Positions 14,450 through 30,059 of a stretch of 64,000 bases of DNA are shown in pieces. The notes under the pieces are model-generated. The model saw only the letters and a program-made list of their open reading frames with translations. It was not told the DNA's origin and did not search any database. The position numbers and the translations under genes are program-made. The stretch comes from the human T2T-CHM13v2.0 reference genome, Homo sapiens: assembly GCF_009914755.1 (NCBI RefSeq), contig NC_060933.1. The stretch is one strand, 5' to 3'. Position 1 is the first letter of the stretch. Each line of letters starts with the position of its first letter.

Positions 14450-15470
14450 TGGAATGGAATGGAATGGAATGGAATCAACCCGAGTGCAGGGGAATGGAAT
14501 GGAATGGAATGCAATGGAATGGAATCATCCGGAATGGAATGGAATGGAATGGAATGCAATCAACCTGATGCAGTGGAATGGAGTGGAATGGAATGGAATG
14601 GAATGGAAACATCCCGAATGGAATGGAATGTAATGTAATGGAGTGTAAGGGAATTGAATAGAATGAATCCGAATGTAATGGAATGGAATGGAATGAAATG
14701 GAATGGAATGGAATCAACCCGAGTGCAATGGAATGGATTCGAATGGAATGGAATGGAATGGAATGGATTCAACAAGAATGGAATGGAAAGGAATGGAATC
14801 AACCCGAGTGTAATGGCATGGAATGGAATGGAATGGAATGGAATGGGATGGAATGGAATGGTACGGAATAGAATGGAATGGAATGAAATGGAATGGAATG
14901 GAATGGAATGGAATGGAATGCAATGGAATGGAATGAACCCGTGTGCAATGGAATGGAATGGAATGGAATGGAATGGATTCAACTCGAATGGAATCAACTC
15001 GATTGCAATGGAATGGAATGGAATTGAAAGGAATACAATGGAATCAACCCGAGTGGAATGGAATGGAAAGGACTGGAATGGAGTGGAATGGAATGGAATG
15101 GAATTAACCCTAATAGAATGAAATGGAACGGAATGGAATGGAAAGTAATGGAATGGAATGGAATGGAATCAACCCGAGTGCAGGGGAATGGAATCGAATG
15201 GAATGCAATGGAATGGAATCATCCGGAATGGAATGGAATGGAATGGAATGGAATGGAATGGAATGGAATGGAATCAACTCGATTTCAATGGAATGGAATG
15301 GAATAGAATGGAATGGAATTAACACGAATAGAATGGAATGGAATGGAATTGAATGGAACAGAAAGGAATGGAATGGAATGGAATGGAATCAACCCAAGTG
15401 CAGGGGAATGGAATGGAATGGAATTCAATGGAATGGAATCATCCGGAATGGAATGGAATGGAATGGAATG
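14450..15470 (+). repeat. Duplicated rare-variant block; second copy at ~47270-48240 (offset ~32.8 kb)
   Basis: Shared CAACCTGATGC (14561/47373), GGAAACATCCCG, CAACAAGAAT, GAACCCGTGTGC, CAACTCGATTTC, TAACACGAAT and AACAGAAAGG. Confidence 0.88.
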
Positions 15471-18400
15471 GAATGGAATCAACCCGAGTGCAATGGAATG
15501 GAGAGGAATGGAATGGAATGGAATGGAAACTACACGAATTGAATGGAATGTAATGGAGTGTAAGGGAATTGAATAGAATGAATCCGAATGGAATAGAATG
15601 GAAAGGAATGGAATGGAATGGAATGGAATGGAATGGAATGGAATGGAATGGAATGGAATGCAATTGAATGGAATCAACCCGTGTGCAATGGAATGGAGAG
15701 GAATGGAATGGAATGGAGTGGAAACTACCCGAATGGAATGGAATGTAATGGAGTGTAAGGGAATTGAATAGAATCAATCCGAATGTAATGGAAAGGATTG
15801 GAACTGAATGGAATGGAATGGAATGGAATGGAATGGAATGGAATGGAATGCAATGGAATGGAATCAACCCGAGTACAATCGAATGGAATCAAATGGAATG
15901 GAATGCAATGGAATGGAATCAACTCGATGGCAATCGAATGGAATGGAATGGAATTAACCCGAATAGAATGGAATGGAATGGAATGGAAAGGAACGGAATG
16001 GAATGGAATGGAATGGAATGGAATGGAACGGAACGGAATGGAATGGAATGGAATGGAATGGAATGGAATCAACGCTAGTGCAGGGGCATGGAATGGAATC
16101 GAATGCTATGGAATGGAATCTTCCGGAATGGAATGGAATGGAATGGAATGGAATGGAATGAATTGCAATGAATTCAACTCGATTGCAATGGAATGGAATA
16201 GAATGGAATGGAATGGAATGGAATGGAATTAACCCGAATAGAATGGAATGGAATGCAATGGAACGGAATGGAATGGAATGGAATGGAATTGAATGGTATG
16301 GAATGGAATGGAATGGTACGGAATAGAATGGAATGTAACGAATTGTAATGGAATGGAATTCAATGGAATGGAATGGAATCAACGCGAGTGCAGGGGAATG
16401 TAATGGAACGGAATGCAATGGAATGGAATCATCCGGAATGGAATGGAATGGAATGGAATGGAATGGAATGGAATCAACCCGAGTGCAATGGAATGGAGTG
16501 GAATGGAATGGAATGGAATACAACAACCCGAATTGAATGGAATGTAATGGAGAGTAAGGGAGTTGAATAGAATCATTCCGAATGTAATGGATTGGAATGC
16601 AACGGAATGGAATGGAATGGAATACAATGGAATGTAATCAACCCGAGTACAATGGAATGGAATGGAATGGAATGGAATGGAATGGAATGGAATGGAATGG
16701 AATGGAATGCCTTCAAACCGAATGGAATGGAAAGGAATGGAATCAACACGAGTGGAATGGAATGGAATGGAATGGAATGGAATGGAATGGAATGGAATGA
16801 TACTGAATAGAATGGAATGGAACGAAATGGAATGGAATGGAATGGAATGGAATCGTTCCGAGTGGAATAGGAGGGAATGTATTCGAGTGGAATGGAAAGG
16901 AATGGAATCAACCAGAGTGGAATGGAAGGGAATGGAATGGAATGGAAACTAATAGAATGGAATCAACCCGAGTGGAATGGAATGGAAAGGACTGGAATGG
17001 AATGGAATGGAATGGAATGGAATGGAATGGAATGGAATGGAATTAACTCGATTGTAATGGAATGGAATGGAATGGAATGGAATGGAATGGAATTAACCCG
17101 AATACAATGGAATGGAATGGAATGGAACGGAATGGAGTGGAATGGAATGGAATCAACCCGAGTGCAGGGGAATGGAATGGAATGGAATGCAATGGAATGG
17201 AATCATCCGGAATGGAATGGAATGGAATGGAATGCAAAGCAATGGAATCAACTCGATTGCAATGGAATGGAATGGAATGGAAAGGAATACGTTGGAATCA
17301 ACCCGACTGGAATGGAATGGAAAGGACTGGAATGGAGTGGAATGGAATGGAATGGAATGGAATGGAATCAACTCGATTGGAATGGAATGGAATGGAATGG
17401 AATGGAATGGAATTAACCCGAATAGAATGGAATGGAATGGAATGGAACGGAATGGAATGGAATGGAATGGAATGGAATGGAAACAACCCGACTGCAGGGG
17501 AATGGAATGGAATGGAATGCAATGGAATGGATTCAACTTGAATGGAATGGAAAGAATGGAATCAACACGAGTGGAATGGCAGGAATTGGAATGGAATGGA
17601 ATGGAATCAACCCGAGTAAAGGGGAATGGAATGGAATGGAATGCAATGGAATGGAATCATCCGTAATGGAATGGAAAGGAATGGAATGGAATGGAATGGA
17701 ATGGAACGGAACGGAACGGAATGGAATGGACTGGAATGGAATGGAATGGAATGGAATGGAACGGAAAGGAATGGAATGGAATGGAATGGAATGGAATGGA
17801 ATGGAATGGAATCAACGCGAGTGCAGTGGAATGGAATGGAATGGAATGCAATGGAATGGAATCTTCCGGAATGGAGTGGAATGGAATGGAATGGAATGGA
17901 ATGGAATGGAATAAACCCGAGTGCAATGGAATGGAGTGGAATGGAATGGAATGGAATGGAACAACCCGAATGGAATTGAATGGAATGGAGAGTAAGGGAG
18001 TTGAATAGAATCAATCCGAATGTAATGGAATGGAATGGAACGGAATGGAATTGAATGGAATGGAATGGAATGCAATGGAATGGAATCAACCCGAGTTCAA
18101 TGGAATGGAGAGGAATGGAATGGAATGGAATGGAAACTACCCGAATGGAATGGAATGTAATGGAGTGTAAGGGAATCGAATAGAATCAATCCGAATGTAA
18201 TGGAATGGAATGGAATGGAATGGAATGAAATGGAATGGAATGGAATGGAATGGAATGGAATGGAATGGAATGCAATGGAATGGAATCAACCCGAGTGCAA
18301 TCGAATGGAATCGAATGGAATGGAATGCAATGGAATGGATTCAACTTGAATGGAATGGAAAGAATGGAATCAACAAGAGTGGAATGGCATGGATTGGAAT

Positions 18401-20746
18401 GGAATGGAATGGAATCAACCCGAGTACAGGGGAATGGAATGGAATGGAATACAATGGAATGGAATCATCCGTAATGGAATGGAAAGGAATGGAATGGAAT
18501 GGAATGGAATGGAATGGAATGGAATGGAATCAACTCGATTGCAATCGAATGGAATGGAATGGAATTAACCCGAATAGAATGGAATGGAATGGAATGGAAC
18601 GGAACGGAATGGAATGGAATGGAATGGAATGGAACGGAAAGGAAGGGAATGGAATGGAATAGAATGGAATGGAATGGAATCAACGCGAGTGCAGGGGAAT
18701 GGAATGGAATGGAATGCAATGGAATGGAATCTTCCGGAATGGAATGGAATGGAATGGAATGGAATGGAATGGAATGGAATCAACCCGAGTGCAATGGAAT
18801 GGAGTGGAATGGAATGGAATGGAATGGAACAACCCGAATGGAATGGAATGTAATGGAGAGTAAGGGAGTTGAAAAGAATCAATCCGAATGTAATGGAATG
18901 GAATGGAGCGGAATGGAATGGAATGGAGTGGAATGGAATGGAATGAAATGGAATGGAATCAACCCGAGTACAATGGAATGGAATGGAATGGAATGGAATG
19001 GAATGGAATGGAATGGAATGGAATGCAATGTAATGGAATTTTCCGGAATGGAATGGAATGGAATGGAATGGAATGGAATGGAATGGAATGGAATGCAACG
19101 GATTCAACTCGATTGCAATGGCATGGAATAGAATGGAATGGAATGGAATGGAATGGAATGGAATTAAACCGAATAGAATGGAATGGAATGGAATGGAGCG
19201 GAACAGAACGGAACGGAACGGAACGGAGTGGAATGGAATGGAATGGTTTTGTATGGAATGGAATGGAATGGTACGGAATAGAATGGAATGGAAAGAATTG
19301 GAATGGAATGGAATCGAATGGAATGGAATGGAATGGAATGGAATCAACCCGAGTGCAGGGGAATGTAATGGAACGGAATGCAATGGAATGGAATCATCCG
19401 GAATGGAATGGAATGGAATGGAATGGAATGGAATGGAATGGAATGGAATCAACCCGAACGCAATGGAATGGAGTGGAATGGAATGGAATGGAATGGAACA
19501 ACCCGAATGGAATGGAATGTAATGGAGAGTAAGGGAGTTGAATAGAATCAATCCGAATGTAATGGAATGGAACGGAATGGAATGGAATGGAATGGAATGG
19601 AATGGAATGAAATGGAATGGAATCAACCCGAGTACAATGGAACAGAATGGAATGGAATGGAATGGAATGGAATGGAATGGAATGGAATGGAACGGAATGG
19701 AATGGAATGGAATGGAACGGAATGGAACCAACCCGAGTGCAATGGAATGTAGTGGAATGGAATGGAATGGAATGGAATGGAAAAACCCGAATGGAATGGA
19801 ATGTAATGGAGAGTAAGGGAGTTCAATAGAATCAATCCGAATGTAATGGAATGGAATGCAACGGAATGGAATGGAATGGAATGGAATGGAATGCAATGGA
19901 ATTGAATCAACCCGAGTACAATGGAATGGAATGGAATGGAATGGAATGGAATGGAATGGAATGGAATGGAATGATACGGAATAGAATGGAATGGAACGAA
20001 ATGGAATGGAATGGAATGGAATGGAATGGAATGGAATGGAATGGAATCGTTCCGAGTGGAATAGGAGGGAATGTATTCGAGTGGAATGGAAAGGAATGGA
20101 ATCAACCAGAGTGGAATGCAAGGGAATGGAATGGAATGGAAACTAATAGAATGGAATCAACCCGAGAGGAATGGAATGGAAAGGACTGGAATGGAATGGA
20201 ATGGAATGGAATCAACTCGATTGTAATGGAATAGAATGGAATGGAATGGAATGGAATGGAATGGAATTAACCCGAATACAATGCAATGGAATGGAATGGA
20301 ACGGAATGGAGTGGAATGGAATGGAATCAACCCGAGTGCAGGGGAATGGAATGGAATGGAATGCAATGGAATGGAATCATCCGGAATGGAATGGAATGGA
20401 ATGGAATGCAAAGCAATGGAATCAACTCGATTGCAATGGAATGGAATGGAATGGAAAGGAATACATTGGAATCAACCCGAGTGGAATGGAATGGAAAGGA
20501 CTGGAATGGAGTGGAATGGAATGGAATGGAATGGAATGGAATCAACTCGATTGGAATGGAATGGAATCGAATGGAATGGAAAGGAATTAACCCGAATAGA
20601 ATGGAATGGAATGGAATGGAACGGAACGGAATGGAATGGAATGGAATGGAATGGAATGGAATGGAAGCAACCCGACTGCAGGGGAATGGAATGGAATGGA
20701 ATGCAATGGAATGCATTCAACTTGAATGGAATGGAAAGAATGGAAT

Positions 20747-20836
20747 CAACACGAGTGGAATGGCATGGATTGGAATGGAATGGAATGGAATCAACACGAG
20801 TGGAATGGCATGGATTGGAATGGAATGGAATGGAAT
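20747..20836 (+). repeat. Local tandem duplication, 2 x 45 bp
   Basis: CAACACGAGTGGAATGGCATGGATTGGAAT(GGAAT)3 starts at 20747 and again at 20792. Confidence 0.9.
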
Positions 20837-23800
20837 CAACCCGAGTACAGGGGAATGGAATGGAATGGAATGCAATGGAATGGAATCATCCGTAATGGAA
20901 TGGAAAGGAATGGAATGGAATGGAATGGAATGGAATGGAATGGAATCAACTCGATTGCAATCGAATGGAATGAAATGGAATTAACCCGAATAGAATGGAA
21001 TGGAATGGAATGGAACGGAACGGAACGGAATGGAATGGATTGGAATGGAATGGAATGGAACGGAAAGGAATGAAATGGAATGGAATGGAATGGAATGGAA
21101 TGGAATGGAATCAACGCGAGTGCAGGGGAATGGAATGGAATGGAATGCAATGGAATGGAATCTTCCGGAATGGAATGGAATGGAATGGAATGGAATGGAA
21201 TGGAATGGAATGGAATAAACCCGAGTGCAATGGAATGGAGTGGAATGGAATGGAATGGAATGGAACAACCCGAATGGAATGGAATGTAATGGAGAGTAAG
21301 GGAGTTGAATAGAATCAATCCGACTGTAATGGAATGGAAAGGAACGGAATGGAATTGAATGGAATGGAATGGAATGCAATGGAATGGATTCAACCCGAGT
21401 TCAATGGAATGGAGAGGAATGGAATGGAATGGAATGGAAACTACCCGAATGGAATGGAATGTAATGGAGTGTAAGGGAATTGAATAGAATCAATCCGAAT
21501 GTAATGGAATGGAATGGATCCGAATGGAATGGAATTGAATGGAATGGAATGGAATGGAATGGAATGCAATGGAATGGATTCAACTTGAATGGAATGGAAA
21601 GAATGGAATCAACACGAGTGGAATGGCATGGATTGGAATGGAATGGAATGCAATCAACCCGAGTACAGGGGAATGGAATGGAATGGAACGGAAAGGAAGG
21701 GAATGGAATGGAATAGAATGGAATGGAATGGAATCAACGTGAGTGTAGGGGAATGGAATGGAATGGAATGCAATGGAATGGAATCTTCCGGAATGGAATG
21801 GAATGGAATAGAATGGAATGGAATGGAATGGAATCAACCCGAGTGCAATGGAATGGAGTGGAATGGAATGGAATGTAATGGAACAACCCGAATGGAATGG
21901 AATGTAAAGGAGAGTAAGGGAGTTGAAAAGAATCAATCCCATTGTAATGGAATGGAATGGAACGGAATGGAATGGAATGGAATGGAATGGAATGGAATGC
22001 AATGGAATGGAATCAGCCCGAGTACAATGGAATGGAATGGAATGGAATGGAATGGAATGGAATGGAATGGAATGGAATGGAATGCAATGGAATGGAATCT
22101 TCCGGAATGGAATGGAATGGAATGGAATGGAATGGAATGGAATGGAATGCAATGGATTCAACTCGATTGCAATGGAATGGAATAGAATGGAATGGAATGG
22201 AATGGAATGGAATGGAATGGAATTAAACCGAATAGAATGGATTGGAATGGAATGGAACGGAACAGAACGGAACGGAACGAAACGGAGTGGAATGGAGTGG
22301 AACGGAATTGTAAGGAATGGAATGGAATGGTACGGAATATAATAGAATGGAAAGAATTGGAATGGAATGGAATGGAATGGTATGGAATGGAATGGAATGG
22401 AATGGAATCAACCCGAGTGCAGGGGAATGTAATGGAACGGAATGCAATGGAATGGAATCATCCGGAATGGAATGGAATGGAATGGAATGGAATGGAATGG
22501 AATGGAATCAACCTGAGCGCAATGGAATGGAGTGGAATGGAATGGAATGGAATGGAACAACCCGAATGGAATGGAATGTAATGGAGAGTAAGGGAGTTGA
22601 ATAGAATCAATCCGAATGTAATGGAATGGAACGGAATGGAATGGAATGGAATGGAATGGAATGGAATGGAATGGAATGGAATGGAATGCAATCAACCCGA
22701 GTACAATGGAACGGAATGGAATGGAATGTAATGGAATGGAATGGAATGGAATGGAATGGAATGGAATGGAATCAACCCGAGTGCAATGGAATGGAGAGGA
22801 ATGGAATGGAATGGAATGGAAACTACCCGAATGGAATGGAACGGAATGGAGTGTAAGGGAATTGAATAGAATCAATCCGAATGGAATGGAATGGAATGGA
22901 ACGGAATGTAATGTAATGGAATGGAATGGAAAAAACCCGAGTGCAGGGAAATGGAATGGAATGGAATGCAATGGAATGGAATCATCCGGAATGGAATGGA
23001 ATGGAATGCAATGGAATGGAATGGAATGGAATCAACCCGAGTGCAATGTAATGGAGTGAAATGGAATGGAATGGAATGGAGACAACCAGAATGGATTGGA
23101 ATATAATGGAGTGTAAGGGAATTCAATAGAATCAATCTGAATGTAATGAAATGGAATGGAACGGAATGGAATGGAATGTAATGGAATGGAATGGAATGCA
23201 ATGGAATGGAATCAACCCGAGTGCAATCGAATGGAATCGAATGGAATGGAATGCAATGGAATGGATTCAACTTGAATGGAATGGAAAGAATGGAATCAAC
23301 ACGAGTGGAATGGCATGGATTGGAATGGAATGGAATGGAATCAACCCGAGTATAGGGGAATGGAATGGTATGGAATGCAATGGAATGGAATAATCCGTAA
23401 TGGAATGGAAAGGAATGGAATGGAATGGAATGGAATGGAATGGAATGGAATGGAATGGAACGGAACGGAACGGAATGGAATGGAATGGAATGGAATGGAA
23501 TGGAATGGAATCAACGCGAGTGCAGGGGAATGGAATGGAATGGAATGCAATGGAATGGAATCTTCCGGAATGTAATGGAATGGAATGGAATGGAATGGAA
23601 TGGAATGGAATGGAATGGAATGGAATCAACCCGAGTACAGGGGAATGGAATGGAATGGAATGCAATGGAATGGAATCATCCGTAATGGAATGGAAAGGAA
23701 TGGAATGGAATGGAATGGAATGGAATGGAATGGAAAGGAATGGAATGGAATGAAATGGAATGGAATGGAGTGCAATGGAATGGAATCAACCCGAGTGCAA

Positions 23801-26800
23801 TCGAATGGAATCGAATGGAATGGAATGCAATGGAATGGATTCAACTTGAATGGAATGGAAAGAATGGAATCAACACGAGTGGAATGGCATGGATTGGAAT
23901 GGAATGGAATGGAATCAACCCGAGTACAGGGGAATGGAATGGAATGGAATGCAATGGAATGGAATCATCCGTAATGGAATGGAAAGGAATGGAATGGAAT
24001 GGAATGGAATGGAATGGAATGGAATCAACTCGATTGCAATCGAATGGAATGGAATGGAATTAACCCGAATAGAATGGAATGGAATGGAATGGAACGTAAC
24101 GGAACGGAACGGAACGGAATGGAATGGAATGGAATGGAACGGAAAGGAATGGAATTGAATGGAATGGAATGGAATGGAATGGAATGGAATCAACACGAGT
24201 GCAGGGGAATGGAATGTAATGGAATGTAATGGAATGGAATCTTCCGGAATGGAATGGAATGGAATGGAATCAACCCGAGTGCAATGGAATGGAGTGGAAT
24301 GGAATGGAATGGAATGGAACAACCCGAATGGAATCGAATGTAATGGAGAGTAAGGGAGTTGAATAGAATCAATCCGAATGTAATGGAATGGAATGGAACG
24401 GAATGGAATTGAATTGAATGGAATGGAATGGAATGGAGTGTTAGGGAGTTGAATAGAATCAATCCGAATGTAATGGAATGGAACGGAATGGAATGGAATG
24501 GAATGGAATCGAATGGAATGGAATGCAATGGAATGGAATCAACCCGAGTACAATGGAACGGAATGTAATGTAATGCAATGTAATGTAAAGGAATGGAATG
24601 GAATGGAATCAACCCGAGTGCAATGGAATGGAGAGGAATGGAATGGAATGGAAAGGAAACTACCCGAATGGAATGGAATGTAATGGAGTGTAAGGGAATT
24701 GAATAGAATCAATCCGAATGGAATGGAATGGAATGGAACGGAATGTAATGGAATGGAATGGAATGGAATCAACCCGAGTGCAGGGGAATGGAATGGAAAG
24801 GAATGCAATGGAATGGAATCATCCGGAATGGAATGGAATGGAATGCAATGGAATGGAATGGAATGGAATCAACCCGAGTGCAATGGAATGGAGTGAAATG
24901 GAATGGAATGGAATGGAAACAACCAGAATGGATTGGAATATAATGGAGTGTAAGGGAATTGAATAGAATCAATCTGAATGTAATGAAATGGAATGGAACG
25001 GAATGGAATGGAATGGAATGGAATGGAATGGAATGCAATGGAATGGAATCAACCCGAGTGCAATCGAATGGAATCGAATGGAATAGAATGCAATGGAATG
25101 GATTCAACTTGAATGGAATGGAAAGAATGGAATCAACACGAGTGGAATGGCATGGATTGGAATGGAATGGAATTGAATCAACCCGAGTACAGGGGAATGG
25201 AATGGAATGGAATGCAATGGAATGGAAAGGAATGGAATGGAACGGAATGGAATGGAATGGAATGGAATGGAATCAACTCGATTGCAATATAATGGAATGG
25301 AATGGAATTAACCCGAATAGAATGGAATGGAATGGAATGGAACGGAACGGAATGGAATGGAATGGAATGGAATGGAATGGAATGGAACGGAACGGAATGG
25401 AATGGAATGGAATGGAATGGAATGGAATGCAATGGAATCAACGCGAGTGCAGGGGAATGGAATGGAATGGAATGCAATGGAATGGAATCTTCCGGAATGG
25501 AATGGAATGGAATGGAATGAAATGCAATGGATTCAACTCGATTACAATGGAATGGAATAGAATGGAATGGAATGGAATGGAATGGAATGGAATTAACCCG
25601 AATGGAATGGAAAGGAACGGAATGGAACGGAATGGAATGGAATGGAATGGAATGGAATTGTATGGAATGGAATGGAATGGTACGGAATAGAATGGAATGG
25701 AACGAATGTAATGTAATGGAATTGAATGGAATGGAATGGAATGGAATGGAATCAACGAGAGTGCAGGGGAATGTAATGGAACGGAATGCAATGGAATGGA
25801 ATCATCCGGAATGGAATGGAATGGAATGGAATGGAATGGAATGGAATGGAATGGAATGGAATGGAATCAATCCGACTGCAATGGAATGGAGTGGAATGGA
25901 ATGGAATGGAATGGAACAATCCGAATGGAATGGAATGTAATGGAGAGTAAGGGAGTTGAATAGAATCAATCCGAATGTAATGGAATGGAATGCAACGGAA
26001 TGGAATGGAATGGAATGGAATGGAATGCAATGGAATGGAATCAACCCGAGTACAATGGAATGGAATGGAATGGAATGGAATGGAATGGAATGGAATGGAA
26101 TGGAATGCCTTCAAACCGAATGGAATGGAAAGGAATGAAATCAACACGAGTGGAATGGAATGGAATGGAATGGAATGGAATGGAATGATACGGAATAGAA
26201 TGGAATGGAACGAAATGGAATGGAATGGAATGGAATGGAATCGTTCCGAGTGGAATAGGAGGGATTGTATTCGAGTGGAATGGAAAGGAATGGAATCAAA
26301 CAGAGTGGAATGGAAGGGAATGGAATGGAATGGAAACTAATAGAATGGAATCAACCCGAGTGGAATGGAATGGAAAGGACTAGAATGGAAAGGAATGGAA
26401 TGGAATGGAATGGAATGGAATGGAATGGAATGGAATGGAATCAACGCGAGTGCAGGGGAATGGAATGGAATCGAATGGAATGGAATGGAATCAACCCGAG
26501 TGCAGCGGAATGTAATGGAACGGAATGCAATGGAATGGAATCATCCGGAATGGAATGCAATGGAAAGGAATGGAATAAACCCGAGTGCAATGGAATGGAG
26601 TGGAATGGAATGGAATGGAATGGAACAATCCGAATGGAATGGAATGTAATGGAGAGTAAGGGAGTTGAAAAGAATCAATCCGAATGTAATGGAAAGGAAC
26701 CGAATGGAATGGAATGGAATGGAATGGAATGGAATGGAATGGAATGCAATGGAATGGGATCAACCCGAGTACAATGGAATGGAATGGAATGGAATGGAAT

Positions 26801-29800
26801 GGAATGGAATGGAATGGAATGATACGGAATAGAATGGAATGGAACGAAATGGAATGGAATGGAATGGAATGGAATGGAATGGAATGGAATCGTTACGAGT
26901 GGAATAGGTGGGAATGTATTCGAGTGGAATGGAAAGGAATTTAATCAACCAGAGAGGAATGGAAGGGAATGGAATGGAATGGAAACTAATAGAATGGAAT
27001 CAACCCGAGTGGAATGGAATGGAAAGGACTGGAATGGAATGGAATGGAATGGAATCAACTCGATTGTAATGGAATGAAATGGAATGGAATGGAATGGAAT
27101 GGAATGGAATCAACCCGAGTGCAATGGAATGGAGTGGAATGGAATGGAATGGAATGGAACAACCCGAATGGAATGGAATGGAATGGAGAGTAAGGGAGTT
27201 GAATAGAATCAATCCGAATATAATGGAATGGAATGGAACGGAATGGAATTGAATGGAATGGAATGGAATGCAATGGAATGGAATCAACCCGAGTGCAATG
27301 GAGTGGAGAGGAATGGAATGGAATGGAATGGAAACTACCCTAATGGAATGGAATGTAATGGAGTGTAAGGGAATTGAATAGAATCAATCCGAATGTAATG
27401 GAATGGAATGGAACGGAATGGAATGGAATGGAATGGAATGGAATGGATTGGAATGGAATGCAATGGAATGGAATCAACCCGAGTGCAATCGAATGGAATC
27501 GAATTGAATGGAATGCAATGGAATGGATTCAACTTGAATGGAATGGAAAGAATGGAATCAACACGAGTGGAATGGCATGGATTGGAATGGAATGGAACGG
27601 AATCAACCCGAGTACAGGGGAATGGAATGGAATGGAATGCAATGGAATGGAATCATCCGTAATGGAATGGAAAGGAATGGAATGGAATGGAATGGAATCA
27701 ACTCGATTGCAATCGAATGGAATGGAATGGAATTAACCCGAATAGAATGGAATGGAATGGAATGGAACGGAACGGAATGGAATGGAATGGAATGGAACGG
27801 AACGGAATGGAATGGAATGGAATGGAATGGAATCAACGCGAGTGCAGGGGAATGGAATTGAATGGAATGCAATGGAATGGAAACTTCCGGAATGGAATGG
27901 AATGGAATGGAATGGAATGAAATGCAATGGATTCAACTCGATTACAATGGAATGGAATAGAATGGAATGGAATGGAATGGAATGGAATTAATCCGAATAG
28001 AATGGAATGGAATGGAATGGAACGGAATGGAACGGAATGGAATGGAATGGAATGGAATGGAATGGTATGGAATGGAATGGAATGGTACGGAATAGAATGG
28101 AATGGAGCGAATTGTAATGGAATGGAATTGAATGGAATGGAATGGAATGGAATGGAATCAACGCGAGTGCAGGGGAATGTAATGGAACGGAATGCAATGG
28201 AATGGAATCATCCGGAATGGAATGGAATGGAATGGAATGGAATGGAATGGAATCAACCCGAGTGCAATGGAATGGAGTGGAATGGAATGGAATAGAATGG
28301 AAGAACCCGAATGGAATGGAATGTAATGGAGAGTAAGGGAGTTGAATAGAATCAATCCGAATGTTATGGAATGGAATGCAACGGAATGGAATGGAATGGA
28401 ATGGAATGGAACGCAATGGAATGGAATCAACCCGAGTACAATGGAATGGAATGGAATGGAATGGAATGGAATGGAATGGAATGGAATGGAATGGAATGAT
28501 ACGGAATGGAATGGAATGGAACGAAATGGAGTGGAATGGAATGGAATGGAATGGAATGGAATGGAATGGAATCGTTCCGAGTGGAATAGGAGGGAATGTA
28601 TTCGAGTGGAATGGCAAGGAATGGAAGCAACCAGAGTGGAATGGAAGGGAATGGAATGGAATGGAAACTAATAGAATGGAATCAACCCGAGTGGAATGGA
28701 ATGGAAAGGACTGCAATGGAATGGAATGGAATTGAATCAACTCGATTGTAATGGAATGGAATGGAATGGAATGGAATGGAATGGAATGGAATGGAATTAA
28801 CCCGAATACTATGGAATGGAATGGAATGGAACAGAATGGAGTGGAATGGAATGGAATCAACCCGAGTGCAGGGGAATGGAATGGAATGCAAAGCAATGGA
28901 ATGGAATCATCCGGTATGGAATGGAATGGAATGCAAAGCAATGGAATCAACTCGATTGCAATGGAATGGAAAGGAATGGAAAGGAATACATTGGAATCAA
29001 CCCGAGTGGAATGGAATGGAAAGGACTGGAATGGAGTGGAATGGAATGGAATGGAATGGAATGGAATGGAATGGAATGGAATCAAATTGATTGGAATGGA
29101 ATGGAATGGAATGGAATGGAATGGAATGGAATGGAATTAACCCCAATAGAAAGGAATGGAATGGAATGGAACGGAACGGAATGGAATGGAATGGAATGGA
29201 ATGGAATGGAATCAACCTGACTGCAGGGGAACGGAATGGAATGGAATGCAATGGAATGGATTCAACTTGAATGGAATGGAAAGAATGGAATCAACACGAG
29301 TGGAATGGCATGGATTGGAATGGAATGGAATGGAATCAACCCGAGTACAGGGGAATGGAATGGAATGGAATGCAATCGTATGGAATCATCCGTAATGGAA
29401 TGGAAAGGAAAGGAATGGAATGGAATGGAATGGAATGGAATGGAATGGAATGGAATGGAATCAACTCGATTGCAATCGAATGGAATGGAATGGAATTAAC
29501 CCGAATAGAATGGAATAGAATGGAATGGAACGGAACGGAACGGAACGGAATGGAATGGAATGGAATGGAATGGAATGGAACGGAAAGGAATGGAATGGAA
29601 TGGAATGGAATGGAATGGAATGGAATGGAATCAACGCGAGTGCAGGGGAATGGAATGGAATGGAATGCAATGGAATGGAATCTTCCAGAATGGAATGGAA
29701 TTGAATGGAATGGAATGGAATGGAATGGAATAAACCCGAGTGCAATGGAATGGAGTGGAATGGAATGGAATGGAATGGAACAACCCGAATGGAATGGAAT

Positions 29801-30059
29801 GTAATGGAGACTAAGGGAGTTGAATAGAATCAATCCGAATGTAATGGAATGGAATGGAACGGAATGGAATTGAATGGAATGGAATGGAATGGAATGCAAT
29901 GGAATGGAATCAACCCGAGTGCAATGCAATGGAGAGGAATGGAATGGAATGGAATGGAAACTACCCGAATGGAATGGAATGTAATGGAGTGTAAGGGAAT
30001 TGAATAGAATCAATCCGAATGTAATGGAATGGAAAGGAACGGAATGGAATGGAATGGAA

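Noticed and set aside
18565-20121. Longest ORF (518 aa, minus strand, IPFHS repeats) and all other FHSIP-type ORFs
   Set aside because: (ATTCC)n has no stop codon in any frame, so long low-complexity ORFs are expected. They overlap in all frames and have no domain-like content.
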